Of a stretch of DNA of 64,000 bases, positions 24,546 through 35,870 are shown one piece after another; position 1 is the first letter of the stretch; each line of letters opens with the position of its first letter. A program made the translations under genes and the position numbers. Location: positions 514,812,065-514,876,064 of the forward strand of contig NC_058133.1 of assembly GCF_016433145.1 (NCBI RefSeq), written 5' to 3'. Below the pieces are notes generated by a model that saw only the letters and a program-made list of their open reading frames with translations, was not told the DNA's origin and searched no databases. Source of the DNA: Gracilinanus agilis. Taxonomy: Eukaryota.

Positions 24546-25029
24546 TGACCCAGCTCATATTTTATCTTTGTCAATTGTCTTTGGAAAACCACTAATATTA
24601 TTTCTGTTGTTTTAATATTTTTATAGAAAAAGAGATAGTCTAAAATAATTTGCATTCCATCCTAGCTCCTAATAATCACAAGTTCCCAAGGGTGTATTTA
24701 ACTGAGATTAATTGAGGTTATTCATTTCACCTTTAAAAAAAAATCCTGTCAAGCCTCTATTTCTTCACAAGTATTTCTTCTGTTTTCTAAGATGCCCCCC
24801 AAATTCCTCAAATGGCTTCATGACATTTACAAGATTTGTCACTAATGTGAGGTCTCAATTAGGGCAAACAATGACTCCTGTTATTTGAATCCACACTGCA
24901 TATTTCTATTGGGTTGTATCATCAGATTACCATATTTTACATAATTATGACTTTAAATATAACTATACTATATTTATAAATACTATAGTTTGTAGTATTT
25001 GTTATTTTTATTTACATTGATGTGGATAA

Positions 25030-25180
25030 TGGATAGATAGATACATTTATGTATATGTATATAGACAGACAGAGAGATAGATGGATAATAGATGGATAGG
25101 TGGATAGATAGATAGAGAGGTGGACGGATGGATGGATGGATAGATGGATGGATGGATGGATGGATGGGTAGATAGATACG
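25030..25180. repeat. Compound (GATA)/(GGAT)n tetranucleotide repeat
   Basis: Direct reading. Confidence 0.9.
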
Positions 25181-25958
25181 TATTTAGATATTTGTGTACG
25201 TATGTATATTTTCCTGGTTCTCTGTGCTTTAAATCAGTTTATACAAGTTTTTATGTTTCTCTGAATTCCTTATGCACAACACTTGTTATGGTACAATAAA
25301 ATTTTATTATATAAGTATTCCATAACTTGTTTAGTTATTGCTCCATTTATGGGACTCTACTTAGTTTCTAAATATTTCTTAGAAGATTAAAAATTGTGAT
25401 TATAACTATTTCTTTTACTATGAAAAACTTTTCTTTTTATACTCTGATTTTAAGTGAGATTTCTAAGTCAAAAAGTATAGACATTTTAATTACTTTTTCT
25501 CTCATAATTCCAAATTGAATCCCAGAATTGTTTAATCATTCATACATCTATTAAGAGTGCATTTGTTTGCTTTTCTTCTATTTACATTTTGTCACTTCAA
25601 CTGAATTGCTTGAGGTAAGACAAATCTTAGAAAGTTTAAAATTGCATTTACCTTAGGATAGTGGTTTGAGACAAAAGTTCACATGACTTTTAACAGGTTA
25701 TAAATTTTTTGAGAACCTGCATTCACCAGCTTTTTTGGAGAATGACTTAGCACTTTATATATTTATGACACCTCCCTCCAGATTTAGGCTTTCATATTTT
25801 ATTAGAGATTTTGGATACAAAGATTTTCCTCAGACAAAAATTTATTATGATCTTCTTTAATCTTTGGTCAAGAATTCTTTTTCAATTTTTATTTATTAAT
25901 TAGTTTAATTAATTAATTTAAAATATTTTTCCATGGTTACCGGATTCATATTCTTTTT

Positions 25959-26343
25959 AAAAAATATTTATTAATATTCATTTTTAACATGGTTACATGA
26001 TTCATGCTCCTACTTTTCCCTTCACCCCCCGCACCCCCCCCATGCCGATGCACATTTCCACTGGTTTTATCATGTGTCATTGATCAAGGCCCATTTCCAA
26101 ATTGTTGATAGTTGCATTGGTATGGTAGTTTCAAGTCTACATCCCCAATCATGTCCACCCCGACCCATGCGTTCAAGCAGTTGTTTTTCTTATATGTTTC
26201 CTCTCCTGCAGTCCTTCCTCTGAATGTGGGTAGCATCTTTTCCATAAATCCCTCACAACTGTCCTGTGTCATTGCATTGCTGCTGGTACAAAGGTCCATT
26301 ACATTCAATTTTACCATAGTATATCAGTCTCTGTGTACAGTGT
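25959..26343 (-). mobile_element. Nested L1 3'-end fragment of a different subfamily
   Basis: TSD ttcatattcttttt (25945-25958 and 26344-26357). Confidence 0.85.
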
Positions 26344-26444
26344 TTCATATTCTTTTTCTCCCCTTCTATCTCCCCAATCCCATAGCCAATGATCAATTTA
26401 ATTGGATTTTACATGTATCATTGATCAAGAACTATCTTCATATT

Positions 26445-26655
26445 ATTATTATTTTTTTTTATAAACTCTTACATTCTGTCTTGGAATCAATACTGTGTAT
26501 TGGTTCCAAGGCAGAAGAATGGTAAAGGCTAGGCAATAGAGGCTAAGTGGCTTGCCCAGGGTCACACAGCTAGGAAGTGGCTGAGGTCACATTTGGACCC
26601 AGGACGTCCTGTCTCTAGGTCTGGCTCTCAATCCACTGAACTACCCAGCTGCCTC
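26445..26655 (-). mobile_element. SINE1_Mdo-like element nested in L1
   Basis: ...aatactgtgtattggttccaagg...caatccactgaactacccagctgcc; approximate TSD ctatcttcatatta/ctatttccatatta. Confidence 0.9.
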
Positions 26656-26700
26656 CTATTTCCATATTATTAATATTTACATTAGAGTGATCATGTAGAG

Positions 26701-26895
26701 CAGGGGTCAGCAACGTATGGCTCTTTTGAGGGCTAGATATGGCTCTTTCTGCAGGAGCCATAAAGTCCTTTTTTTTTTTTTTTCCAGGCGCTGTTCCAGG
26801 AGCGGCACTGTGAGCACTGCATGGCTCTCATGAAATTACATTTTAAAAAATGTGGCGTTCATGGCTCTCACGGCCAAAAAGGTTGCCGACCCCTG
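26701..26895 (+). mobile_element. hAT MITE (CAGGGGTCGGCAAC-type TIR)
   Basis: TIRs caggggtcagcaac / gttgccgacccctg; TSD atgtagag/atgtagaa. Confidence 0.93.
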
Positions 26896-27466
26896 ATGTA
26901 GAATCTACATTTCCAATCATATTCCCATCGAACCATGTGATCAAGGAGATGTTTTTCTCTTGCGTTTCTGCTCCCACAGTTCTTTCTCTGGATGTGGATA
27001 CATTCTTTCTCATAAGTCCCTCAGAAATGTTTTAGATCATTGCATTGTTGCTAGTAGAGAAGTCAGTTACATTTGATCATGCTACAATGTATCAGTCTCT
27101 GTATACAACATTCTCCTGGTTCTGCTCCTTTCACTCTGCATCAATTCTTGGAGGTCTTTCCAGTTCACATGGAATTCCTCCAGTTCTTTATTCCTTTGAG
27201 CACTATAGTATTCCATCACCAACAGATACCACAATGTGTTCAGCCATTCCCCAATCCAAGGGCATTCCCTCATTTTCCAATTTTTTTTTGCCACCACAAA
27301 GAGCGCAGATATAAATATTTTTGTACAAGTATTTTTCCTTATTTTCTCTTTGGTGTACAGGCCCAGCAGTGGTATGGCTGCATTAAAAGGCAGCCTGTCA
27401 TTAAAAGCTCTTTAGGCATAGTTCCAAAATGCCTTCCAGAATGGTTGGTCAAGAATTCTCCTGCTA

Positions 27467-27935
27467 CTGCTTGTTCCATGTGAACTGGAATGACCTCCAG
27501 GAATTGATGCAGAGTGAAAGGAGCAGAGTGAGGAGAACATTGTACACAGAGACTGGTACAATCGAACATAATGGACTTCTCTACTAGCAGCAAGGCTGAG
27601 GGACTTATGAGAAAGAAAACTAGCCACATTCAGAGGAAGAACTGTGGGAGGAGAAACACAGAAACAACTGCTTGAACACATAGGCTGATGGGGATATTAT
27701 TGGGGATGTAGACACTAAATGATAACTCTAGTCCAACTATCAATAATATGGAATTAGGTCTTGATCAATGATACATGTAGAACCCAGTTAAATTGTGCAT
27801 CGGCTAAGGGGGGTTAGTGGGGCTTTGGGGAGAGGGAAAGAACATGAAATATGTAACTATGGGAAAATATTCAGAATAAAAACTTTTAAAAAAACCCACC
27901 AAATACTGTATAAATGCTATATGCTAGTTAAAAAA
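27467..27935 (+). mobile_element. 5'-truncated L1 3' end with poly(A)
   Basis: 16-bp TSD aagaattctcctgcta (27451-27466 and 27936-27951). Confidence 0.92.
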
Positions 27936-28057
27936 AAGAATTCTCCTGCTAGTCATTCATGAAAGGTACTTCTTTCTATTTTATTTCATTTTAAAGGTTC
28001 GTTTCTATGTAAGCCAAGCATGCATTTTGGAACTTGTTTTATTAAAGTATATGATGG

Positions 28058-28469
28058 GGGGGGGGGCAGCTGGGTAGCTCAGTGGATTGAGAGTCAGGCC
28101 TAGAAATGGGAGGTCCTAGGTTTAAATCCGGCCTCAGACACTTCCCAGCCGTGTGACCCTGGGCAAGTCACTTGACCCCCATTGCCCACCCTTACCACTC
28201 TTCCACCTAGGAGCCAATACACAGAAGTTAAGGGTTAAAAAAAATAAAGTATATGATGGGGGCAGTTAAGTAGCTCAGTGGATTGAGAGCCAGGCCTAAA
28301 GACAGGAAATCCTAGGTTCCAATCTGGCCTCAGACACTTCCTAGCTGGGTGACCTTGGGCAAGTCACCTAACCCCCATTTCCTAGCCCTTATTCCTCTTC
28401 TGCCTTCGAACCACTACATAGTATTGATTCTAAGATGAAAGGTAAGTGTTTTTCAAATAAATATATAAA
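28058..28469 (+). mobile_element. Two tandem SINEs (short young variant, then long older variant)
   Basis: taaagtatatgatgg occurs three times (28043, 28245, 28470) and delimits both copies. Confidence 0.92.
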
Positions 28470-28689
28470 TAAAGTATATGATGGAAGATATTGATCTCTG
28501 TTTTTGTTAACCATTAATTTATTGAGGTTCTTTTTCTGAATTTTACTCAAGTAGTTGGGTCCACTAATTCATTTCTATAATTTCTATACAGTAAAATACA
28601 GAAAATAAACAGGACAAATATTTATCTACCTACTTTGTTAATGGCCACTTCACACTAATGGTTTTTGGGGTGTTTGGCATTGCTTTTTA

Positions 28690-29095
28690 GATGTTCATTT
28701 ATCCTTCATTTTTGAAGAGGACCAGTGACACCAGAGAGTGATGTCTGGACTTGATCATGAATTAGATATAAGTGAGGTAGAATTGCAGCCATAAGTTTCA
28801 CTCTCTCTTCCAGAGTTATCAAGGTCCAATGCAGGACCAAAGTCCATATAACTAGTGATGGCCTGGGATTCAGTGACATCTTTGATGTCTCACCAAACTC
28901 CAAGTGCTCCATAGCACCTGCTTCAGCTGCCTTCATGACTATTAGAATAAATTGTTCTTATCCACCTATTCTGCTAGGGGGAAGTCTTCATATGCTTGGG
29001 ATAGACAACTCCTAAATTACTGGTGGTTTGGAGGCCTTTTGGTTACCTTTAATCTGGTTTAGCCCATTTGCTGAATGGTTTTGCTGGGGGGTGTA
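28690..29095 (+). mobile_element. RTE-related SINE-like element
   Basis: gttcatttatccttcatttttgaagaggaccagtgaca..., homologous to 2005-2530. Confidence 0.7.
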
Positions 29096-29983
29096 CCTGT
29101 TGTAAAAACAGATCTGGCTCTCTGTCCATTGGTATAATCTCAATTGATATTTCTGTTTTTATCATGGCCCATGATAAAAGGAAGCCTTGATGGGCTTGTC
29201 ATGCGGCAAGAAAGAAGAATAAGTAGAAAGTTAAAGAGTCCCACTGAAGCCCTTGGGTATTATGAGAAAGTGAGGAAGCCTTCTGGACCTTCATCAGACC
29301 TCTTGAGGTGGACTAATGAGAGGATATGCACAAGAATACCAGTGTGGTCAAGAATGGTTGAGTTAAGATCTGCATTGTGGAAGGGAATACCTGAAACAGG
29401 GTGACCATGGATCCATTTGAGTTTTTAATGTTAATACTGTGTTTTGGGGGAATTATTTTTTCTTCATCTGTTAACATAATTATGTGGTTTGGTTTTCTTG
29501 AGCTAAATGAAATTTGTATTCAATGATCATTTGCTTTGCCATTCACAGGCAAACAAATCAGTTGATAAGCAAATAGCCCTTTAGCAGCTTTAAAACAACA
29601 TTGTTAATTCTCCACTTCAACCAGAGAATCATGGGGTTGGAGAAGTTGGCAGACTTCAGAAAGTAGAAGATTCTGAGGCAAGCAGCAACCAAGGTTTTTG
29701 AAAGGTTGATCATAGTCTAGGTGGGTTCTAGCTACCCTGCTGTGTCATAAGCACATATTTTGATAGAATCTTGAATACAAAAAAAAAAGAGATTAAACAC
29801 AAGTGCCCAATTGTGATGATGGCCAGTTGGTGAGGATAAAGACCACTGAGGACATTCATATGGTCTTGACACTCTCCATGATCTTTGCTAGTGCAATATG
29901 CTAGTTGTCAATCCCTCCACCTTCCCCCTCCCCAGAATCCCCACTTTAGTCACAACATAGATGTTCTGTCATGCACTTGGCAT
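29090..29983 (-). pseudogene. TAS2R: TAS2R pseudogene with multiple stops and frameshifts
   Basis: MPSA*QNIYVV (ATG 29983), [71 protein letters not shown]; spacing colinear with the gene at 22116-23054. The 3' boundary is approximate. Confidence 0.88.
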
Positions 29984-31199
29984 GTCTACAAAAAGAAAAT
30001 TCACATTGCTCTTAGTGAACTGGGTCTATGGCCAAAATCTACAGAACTGGTTCTCTGCCCCTTGATATGATCTCAACCGATATTTCTGTTTTTATCAAGA
30101 TGCCTCTCTTAAGCCCAAAGGTATCATTCTCTGCTATTAAAAGGGACAACTTAAGTCTTTGCAAAAATCATAGCTGTTCCTTTGAAAAAGCTCAGATTGG
30201 GGTTCTATCTATATATTTAATCTACATGTGTTTATTTATATGTATATCCAGATTTTGCATGAGAACATACACAATTTACAGTCAAAGTCATCCTTGTGTG
30301 TTCATGGTTGAGAAGATGAGCTGCTGTTTTTTAAAATGTAAATGAAAGACAGGCTCTGTTTCATTTTTGTCCCATCTTCCTTGGGGATATTTGTATATAG
30401 AGAAGGAAGCAATCATATACAAAATACAGAATGAAAAAAATCAATTCAGTGATGGAGCTCTACATTCTTTAGGATCATTATCTTCTCCAAGAAATGACAG
30501 AATATAGCCAACGGAGAGCTGGATTTGGAGCCAGGAGACTTGGGTTTGAATTCCATCTCAGAAAGATACAGCTCTAGTATATATCTGTTACCATTCACAA
30601 ATCATTTTATTCTCTATGCCTCAATCAACTCATCTATAAAATAAGGTAGAGAAGCAACATGCCACAGTAGATATAGAATAGTCTTGGGAAAAGGGAACTT
30701 GGGTTTAAGTTTTTCATTTTTATACTTTTATATTTTATGCATGTATTTATATTCAATATTTAAGTTATTACATACACACTTATTTTGTGACAATATGCAA
30801 ATAATTTGATCTCTTCATGCTCTGGGCAACTCTGTAACATTAATCCTGCTTAAAATTGGCTAATTTTCATTAGTAAAGGAAGATTCCTCCCCAGGAATCC
30901 CCTCTACCAATGAAATTCTAGATTCTGCCCCAAATAATAATAACCTAAACCTAGGGAATGAGGGTCTATGTCATATAATGTTTATTCAACTACCAAGTTG
31001 TGCTTCTGACCAGTGCCTGACTATTTAATAATCAGGGTCAAGTTCTTTAAGTCAAATGCTTAGTCCCAGCTTTTCTCTTCTCTACTCAACACTTTAACAT
31101 TATTTTGGGAAAAGACCAGTTCTGCCTTGCTTTTAGAGAGCTGGACAACTCTCTTTCTTACCTCTACCTTTTTTTCTATGCTGCACCCTTATTATGTTA

Positions 31200-31650
31200 G
31201 TCTATTGTTTGTCCTTCATTATTCAAAGAGAACCAATGACATCAGAGAATAATCTCTTGACTTACTAGGCACAAAGTTGTCAAAGTCTTCTCCAGAGTCA
31301 TCAAAGTCCAGTGGCTTAACAAAAGTCAGGATGACTGGCAATGGTCCAGAATGCGTTGAATAACTTTGGTGTCTTCAATATCTCACCATGCTTTAAGCAA
31401 CCCACAGTCTCTGCTTCAGATGCCTTCATGGCTCTTGGAAGAAATTGTTCTTTTCTACCCATTCTGCTGGTGGAAATTTTGGCATACTTTGGATAGGCAC
31501 ACCCTTAGCCACTTGCTAAGACATGGCTACTGAACATGCTACAATTTCTCAGAGCCACAGCTAAGAGTTTTATGAAAGATAGACCCCTGAAAAGATCTGG
31601 CAAGTCTTCCCTCCAGAGGTGATAGTCCTTTAATGCTCCATACACATCTG
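31200..31650 (+). mobile_element. RTE-related SINE-like element
   Basis: ttgtttgtccttcattattcaaagagaaccaatgacatcag..., homologous to the other three copies. Confidence 0.7.
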
Positions 31651-32048
31651 GTTAGTATATGGGTTTTCTGGAGATTTATGTGATTTGACTTTTAAGTCCT
31701 CTCTTTGAAAAATGGCATTCCACATATCATCCCTGCTGCTTTTCAATAAAGGTCATTCACTATAGAAAGCCATAGCTTGATGAAGTTATTTGATCATAGT
31801 TTTAGAAAAGAACAAAATAAACACCTTCATGCCCTCAACGAAGCCTAGAAATTCCTATCACATGAGGCATCCACAACATTGTCTAAATCCAGCTCCAAAT
31901 GCCAAGAGCTCCATATTTTCTGCTCAGTCATTCCCTTGGGTTACCACCAGGTATCTACTTTGAGATTTTTCTACTCATTACATGTTCTGAAGGACTGATA
32001 TTTAGCTAGTGGAGGGAACTTAAGGACTAAATACTTCTAAATTTAGAT

Positions 32049-32252
32049 CAGTGATTCCCAAACTTTTTTGGCCTACCCACCCCCTTTCCAGAAAAAAATA
32101 TTACTTAGCCCCCTGGGAATTAATTTTTTAAAAATGTTAATAGCAATTAATAAGAAACATAAATGCACCTGTGGCCATCACCACCTCCCTCCCCCCCCCC
32201 CATCGCTGCAGCACCCACCAGGAGGCAGTGGCGCCCACTTTGGGAATCACTA
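32049..32252 (+). mobile_element. hAT MITE (same termini as 11688 and 16182)
   Basis: cagtgattcccaaac ... tttgggaatcacta; perfect TSD atttagat. Confidence 0.92.
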
Positions 32253-32875
32253 ATTTAGATGATCTCTATCCAGGTAATATGGGATCTGATCTTTATTAAA
32301 TCTGAATCACATGTGTACTGCTCCAACTTTACTAAGATTTCTTTGGTTATATATCCTACAGCTTTTGCCCTGACAAATTTGAGGGGAGGAGATTTTTCAA
32401 CATTATATGAACAGCCTATGTTTGTTCATGCCCAATCACCAGGAAGATGGAAAAAAAACGTTCACAGATCTCTAACCAGATGCTCTTATTTGCATTTCTC
32501 CCCTCACTTTAACTTGTAACCCTTCTTTTAAATATTTACCCTTTGGTCCTGATACTATCTCATCTCTAACCATGGCACAAAGCAGTGATCATCAAAACAA
32601 TTTGGTAATACAAAATATACAGGGCAATAAATAGAGCAGACAAGGAACACAATATACAGAAACAAATGAATAAGGTAGCCTCATGATCAGTAAATCCAGA
32701 TATTCCAACTTGGTATAAAAGCTCACTAATCAACAAAAAACCAGTGGGAAAATTGTGAGCAGAAATAAGGTAGAGACTAACATCTCATACTATAAATCAA
32801 GAGAACCTTCACAAGAGGACATGACTTAGACATAAAGGATGATTCTATAAGCAAATCAGAGAATATCTATGGTGT

Positions 32876-33292
32876 GAGAAGGAGATTTGTGTGTTGATTT
32901 GATCAATCAGAGATTTGAACTTTCCTTCCATTTGTTTTGAATTTGGGTCAATCAGCAACCATGAAATTGATCCCACAGGCACTGCCCCCTTGGGTGGTGC
33001 CAGGCTAATTGTGGAACTGGGATTGGTTCCTGGGGAGTGATGTAAGAGAGCTAGTGGGTGTTGTAAGGATTTATAAGATGAGACCCAGCAGGAAGCTGGG
33101 TGTGTGTGTGTGTGTGTTATTTTCTGAGGCTGAGATTCAGAGACAGACACTGAGTTGTAAGACTCTGGATTATTCAATTAGGAAATTTTCACCTCCTTTC
33201 TCTATTTCTCTCTTATTTTCTTTTTCTTACTAATAAATTTAGCTACTAACCGTCTTGTGACTTAAGGATTAATTACAATTTTGGCAATCACC
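32876..33292 (+). mobile_element. LTR-like element inserted in an old L1 ORF2 fragment
   Basis: TATA-like tttataag, AATAAA at ~33232, ends ttttggcaatcaccca; L1-like sequence on both sides. Confidence 0.55.
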
Positions 33293-33749
33293 CATTCTTA
33301 ACCATTGCAATGGAGAAGATAAGAGATCATGACCAAAGGACAAAAGACAGAGGTGATTATAGAACATAACATGGACAACTGTGATTATATATCATTATGA
33401 ACTTTTTGTACACACAAAATGAATGTAGTTAAAATTAAAAGGTAGGTAGATATCTGAGAAGGGGAAATTTTTGAAGGAATTTTTCTGATAAAGATTTCAT
33501 TTCCAAGACATATAAGGAAAAAATGATGATGATAATGGTGGTGGCAGTGATGGTGATAGTTAGCATTTATATATCACTTTAAGATTTACAAAGCATTTTA
33601 CTCATGTTATTTGATTTAATCCTCACAACAATCCCAGTAAGTAAGTGCTATTATCATTCCCTTTTTATAGGAAAGGCAACTCAGGCTGATTTTAAGTGAC
33701 CTGCCCAGAGCCACAAGTGAAGATAGGACTAATCCTACCCTGCCTATTT

Positions 33750-34330
33750 CAAGATTTAATCACCAAAAGTGTAAACACCACAACTTAATTGCCAAGTAGG
33801 AAGTCTGTAACCCACCTGTGTGAAAGTGGGTAATGAATCAGAATCGATTGACTGACCCCTGGGTAGTCCTAAGCAAAGTCTTTGTTGTGACTGGTACAAG
33901 TAAAGTAGAGGAAGGCACAGGAAGTGACACAAAAGAAGCACCTTTAAAAGGGAGTAACAACGTCCTGTGAGACAGTTCTGCTTCATTCTTCGGAGTTGGA
34001 GTTCAAGTTCAAGACTCTGCTTACTAGACCTGAGACCCTGGATTTGGTGAGACTTTTCTTAAATCTCTCCCTTTGAACTACCACATGATGAGTGAAAAGA
34101 CTGACTCTTTCCTGGATTTTTTCTGAAGGGACTCTCCTCTTGAGAGAGGCTTCATGACTGAAATCTTTGCTTTATTCATCTTCCTGATCTTTGGCCCTTG
34201 GCTCAAGACTGAGGCTCCTCTGGCTAAGGACTAATTAGTCCTGCCTGGGTTGAGCCAAGGGCTGGAGCAAACTACGTAGTGTGTTAGGTTAAATATTTTA
34301 CCCTATCCTCTCTCTGATTTAGATTCAAAT
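33750..34330 (+). mobile_element. LTR-like (ERV) fragment
   Basis: ttaatcaccaaaagtgtaaacacc...ggaagtgacac...ctttaaaaggg pattern resembling marsupial ERV LTRs; termini not clean. Confidence 0.55.
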
Positions 34331-34339
34331 TTATTAGAG

Positions 34340-34985
34340 TAAAAGACATTTCCCAATTGATAAATGGTCAAAGGATATGAATAAGCACTGTTCAAAAGAA
34401 GAAATCTAAACTGTCAATAGATATCTGGTAAAGAATATCTACATACTAATAACTGCAGAATAAAAAAGTTAGAGAAACTCTGAGGTTCTACCTTATTCCC
34501 ATTAGATTAGCAAACTAAACAAAAAAGAAAATGAGAAATGTTAGAGGGATTCTGGGAAAACAGGTGCATTGATGCTCTGTTGTTGGAACTATGAATTAGT
34601 TCAAGCAGACATTGAGTTCAGTGGCAAACCAGGCACTAGAATGGTTCGTTGAGTTCCAAATGAACTCCATACTTCTCAGCTGACTAGTCATAATTGTTTA
34701 GATAGAATGTTCATATAATGCTATATAAGTTGATACTACTCATAACAGATTCATCTTGACCTAGTCCACACAGTTCACCAACCATTCTGGAAAACAAATT
34801 GGAAATGTGAACCAAAAATTCTTTTGACCCATTGATACCACTAGGATCTCTGCCTAATAGAGAAAAAAGGGGGGGCATAACTGGTATTTAAAAAATTATA
34901 GCAACCCTTATTTTTTTGTGGTGACAAAGAACTTGAAACTAAGAGAGTGCCCAGTGATTATGGAATAGCTAAATAATTTATAGAC
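34340..34985 (+). mobile_element. Old L1 ORF2 3' fragment interrupted by a TAS2R-derived insert
   Basis: cccaattgataaatggtcaaaggatatgaa...gaattagttcaa|ccattctggaaaac. Confidence 0.85.
34607..34781 (-). pseudogene. TAS2R: 175-bp duplicated TAS2R pseudogene segment (ICL1-TM3)
   Basis: Ungapped match to 36775-36949 with ~10 differences by manual count. Confidence 0.95.
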
Positions 34986-35870
34986 TAAATCTCAGAAGTG
35001 TTGTTTTCTACAACTTAAGTTTCTTTCTGCTAATTTTCCACACTTCAGCTCTCCTTCAACAAATGATGGTGCTCAGCAAACTTATTTTCTGCCTTTTATC
35101 TGTGATGTTCTCCACAGTTTGACTCTATTCCGATAGATCTTAAGTGCACTGTCCCACTCCTCTTTCTAGTGGAACAGCCAGTCGGTCTTTAAATAGTTAA
35201 ACTCCTTTCATGTTCTGGGCACTGTGCTGAGGGAGAACATAAAAAGAAACATAAAAGATAGTTACTATTCTTAGAAAATCTTTAGAAGTTTACCTGTCAA
35301 GACACACAGAAATTATATAAACACAATAAAAATAACTCTTTTTACAAATAAAGGCAGATCCAAGTAATTCTTATTTCTTAACATTTCACCCTTCTCTAGA
35401 TCCTTGCTTCATAACCCTATGATCTAAGAATTTCAAAATGTAATTCAATTCTAAGGATATTCTGATTCCCTAACAAGCACTCAGGCTAACAAGACCCAAC
35501 AAGTGAAGGAAGGCAAAAAATTTTTTTAAAGTTTTAGAAATAGAAAGGAATCACTTAAATTTGCTTGATCAGAAACACAATATTTCTACTTCTGTCTCTT
35601 TAGCTGTTCATCAGTCTAGATTTTCCAGAACATGTGGGAACACCAGGTGCAATAGAGGAAAAAGAGACTTAGAAGTATGATGGCTATTTCCATGAGCAGC
35701 CCAGTTTTTAGCTAAACTCATGGATGGGCCCATGGAGGCTATATACAGCCAGTTGTCTGGAGGTCATACATCTCTTCATAATCCTCTCTGGTATAATTAG
35801 AAAAAATATTTTTTCAATTATTTTCCAGTATTTGCAGTAATGATGAATAGAGGAATCTCAAAAAAGTTCA

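Larger units (their letters stand above)
25879..27444 (-). mobile_element. L1 3' fragment hosting nested L1, SINE and hAT insertions
   Basis: 15-bp TSD ttggtcaagaattct (25864-25878 and 27445-27459); ORF MVAKKNWKMRECPWIGEWLNTLWY. Confidence 0.9.
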
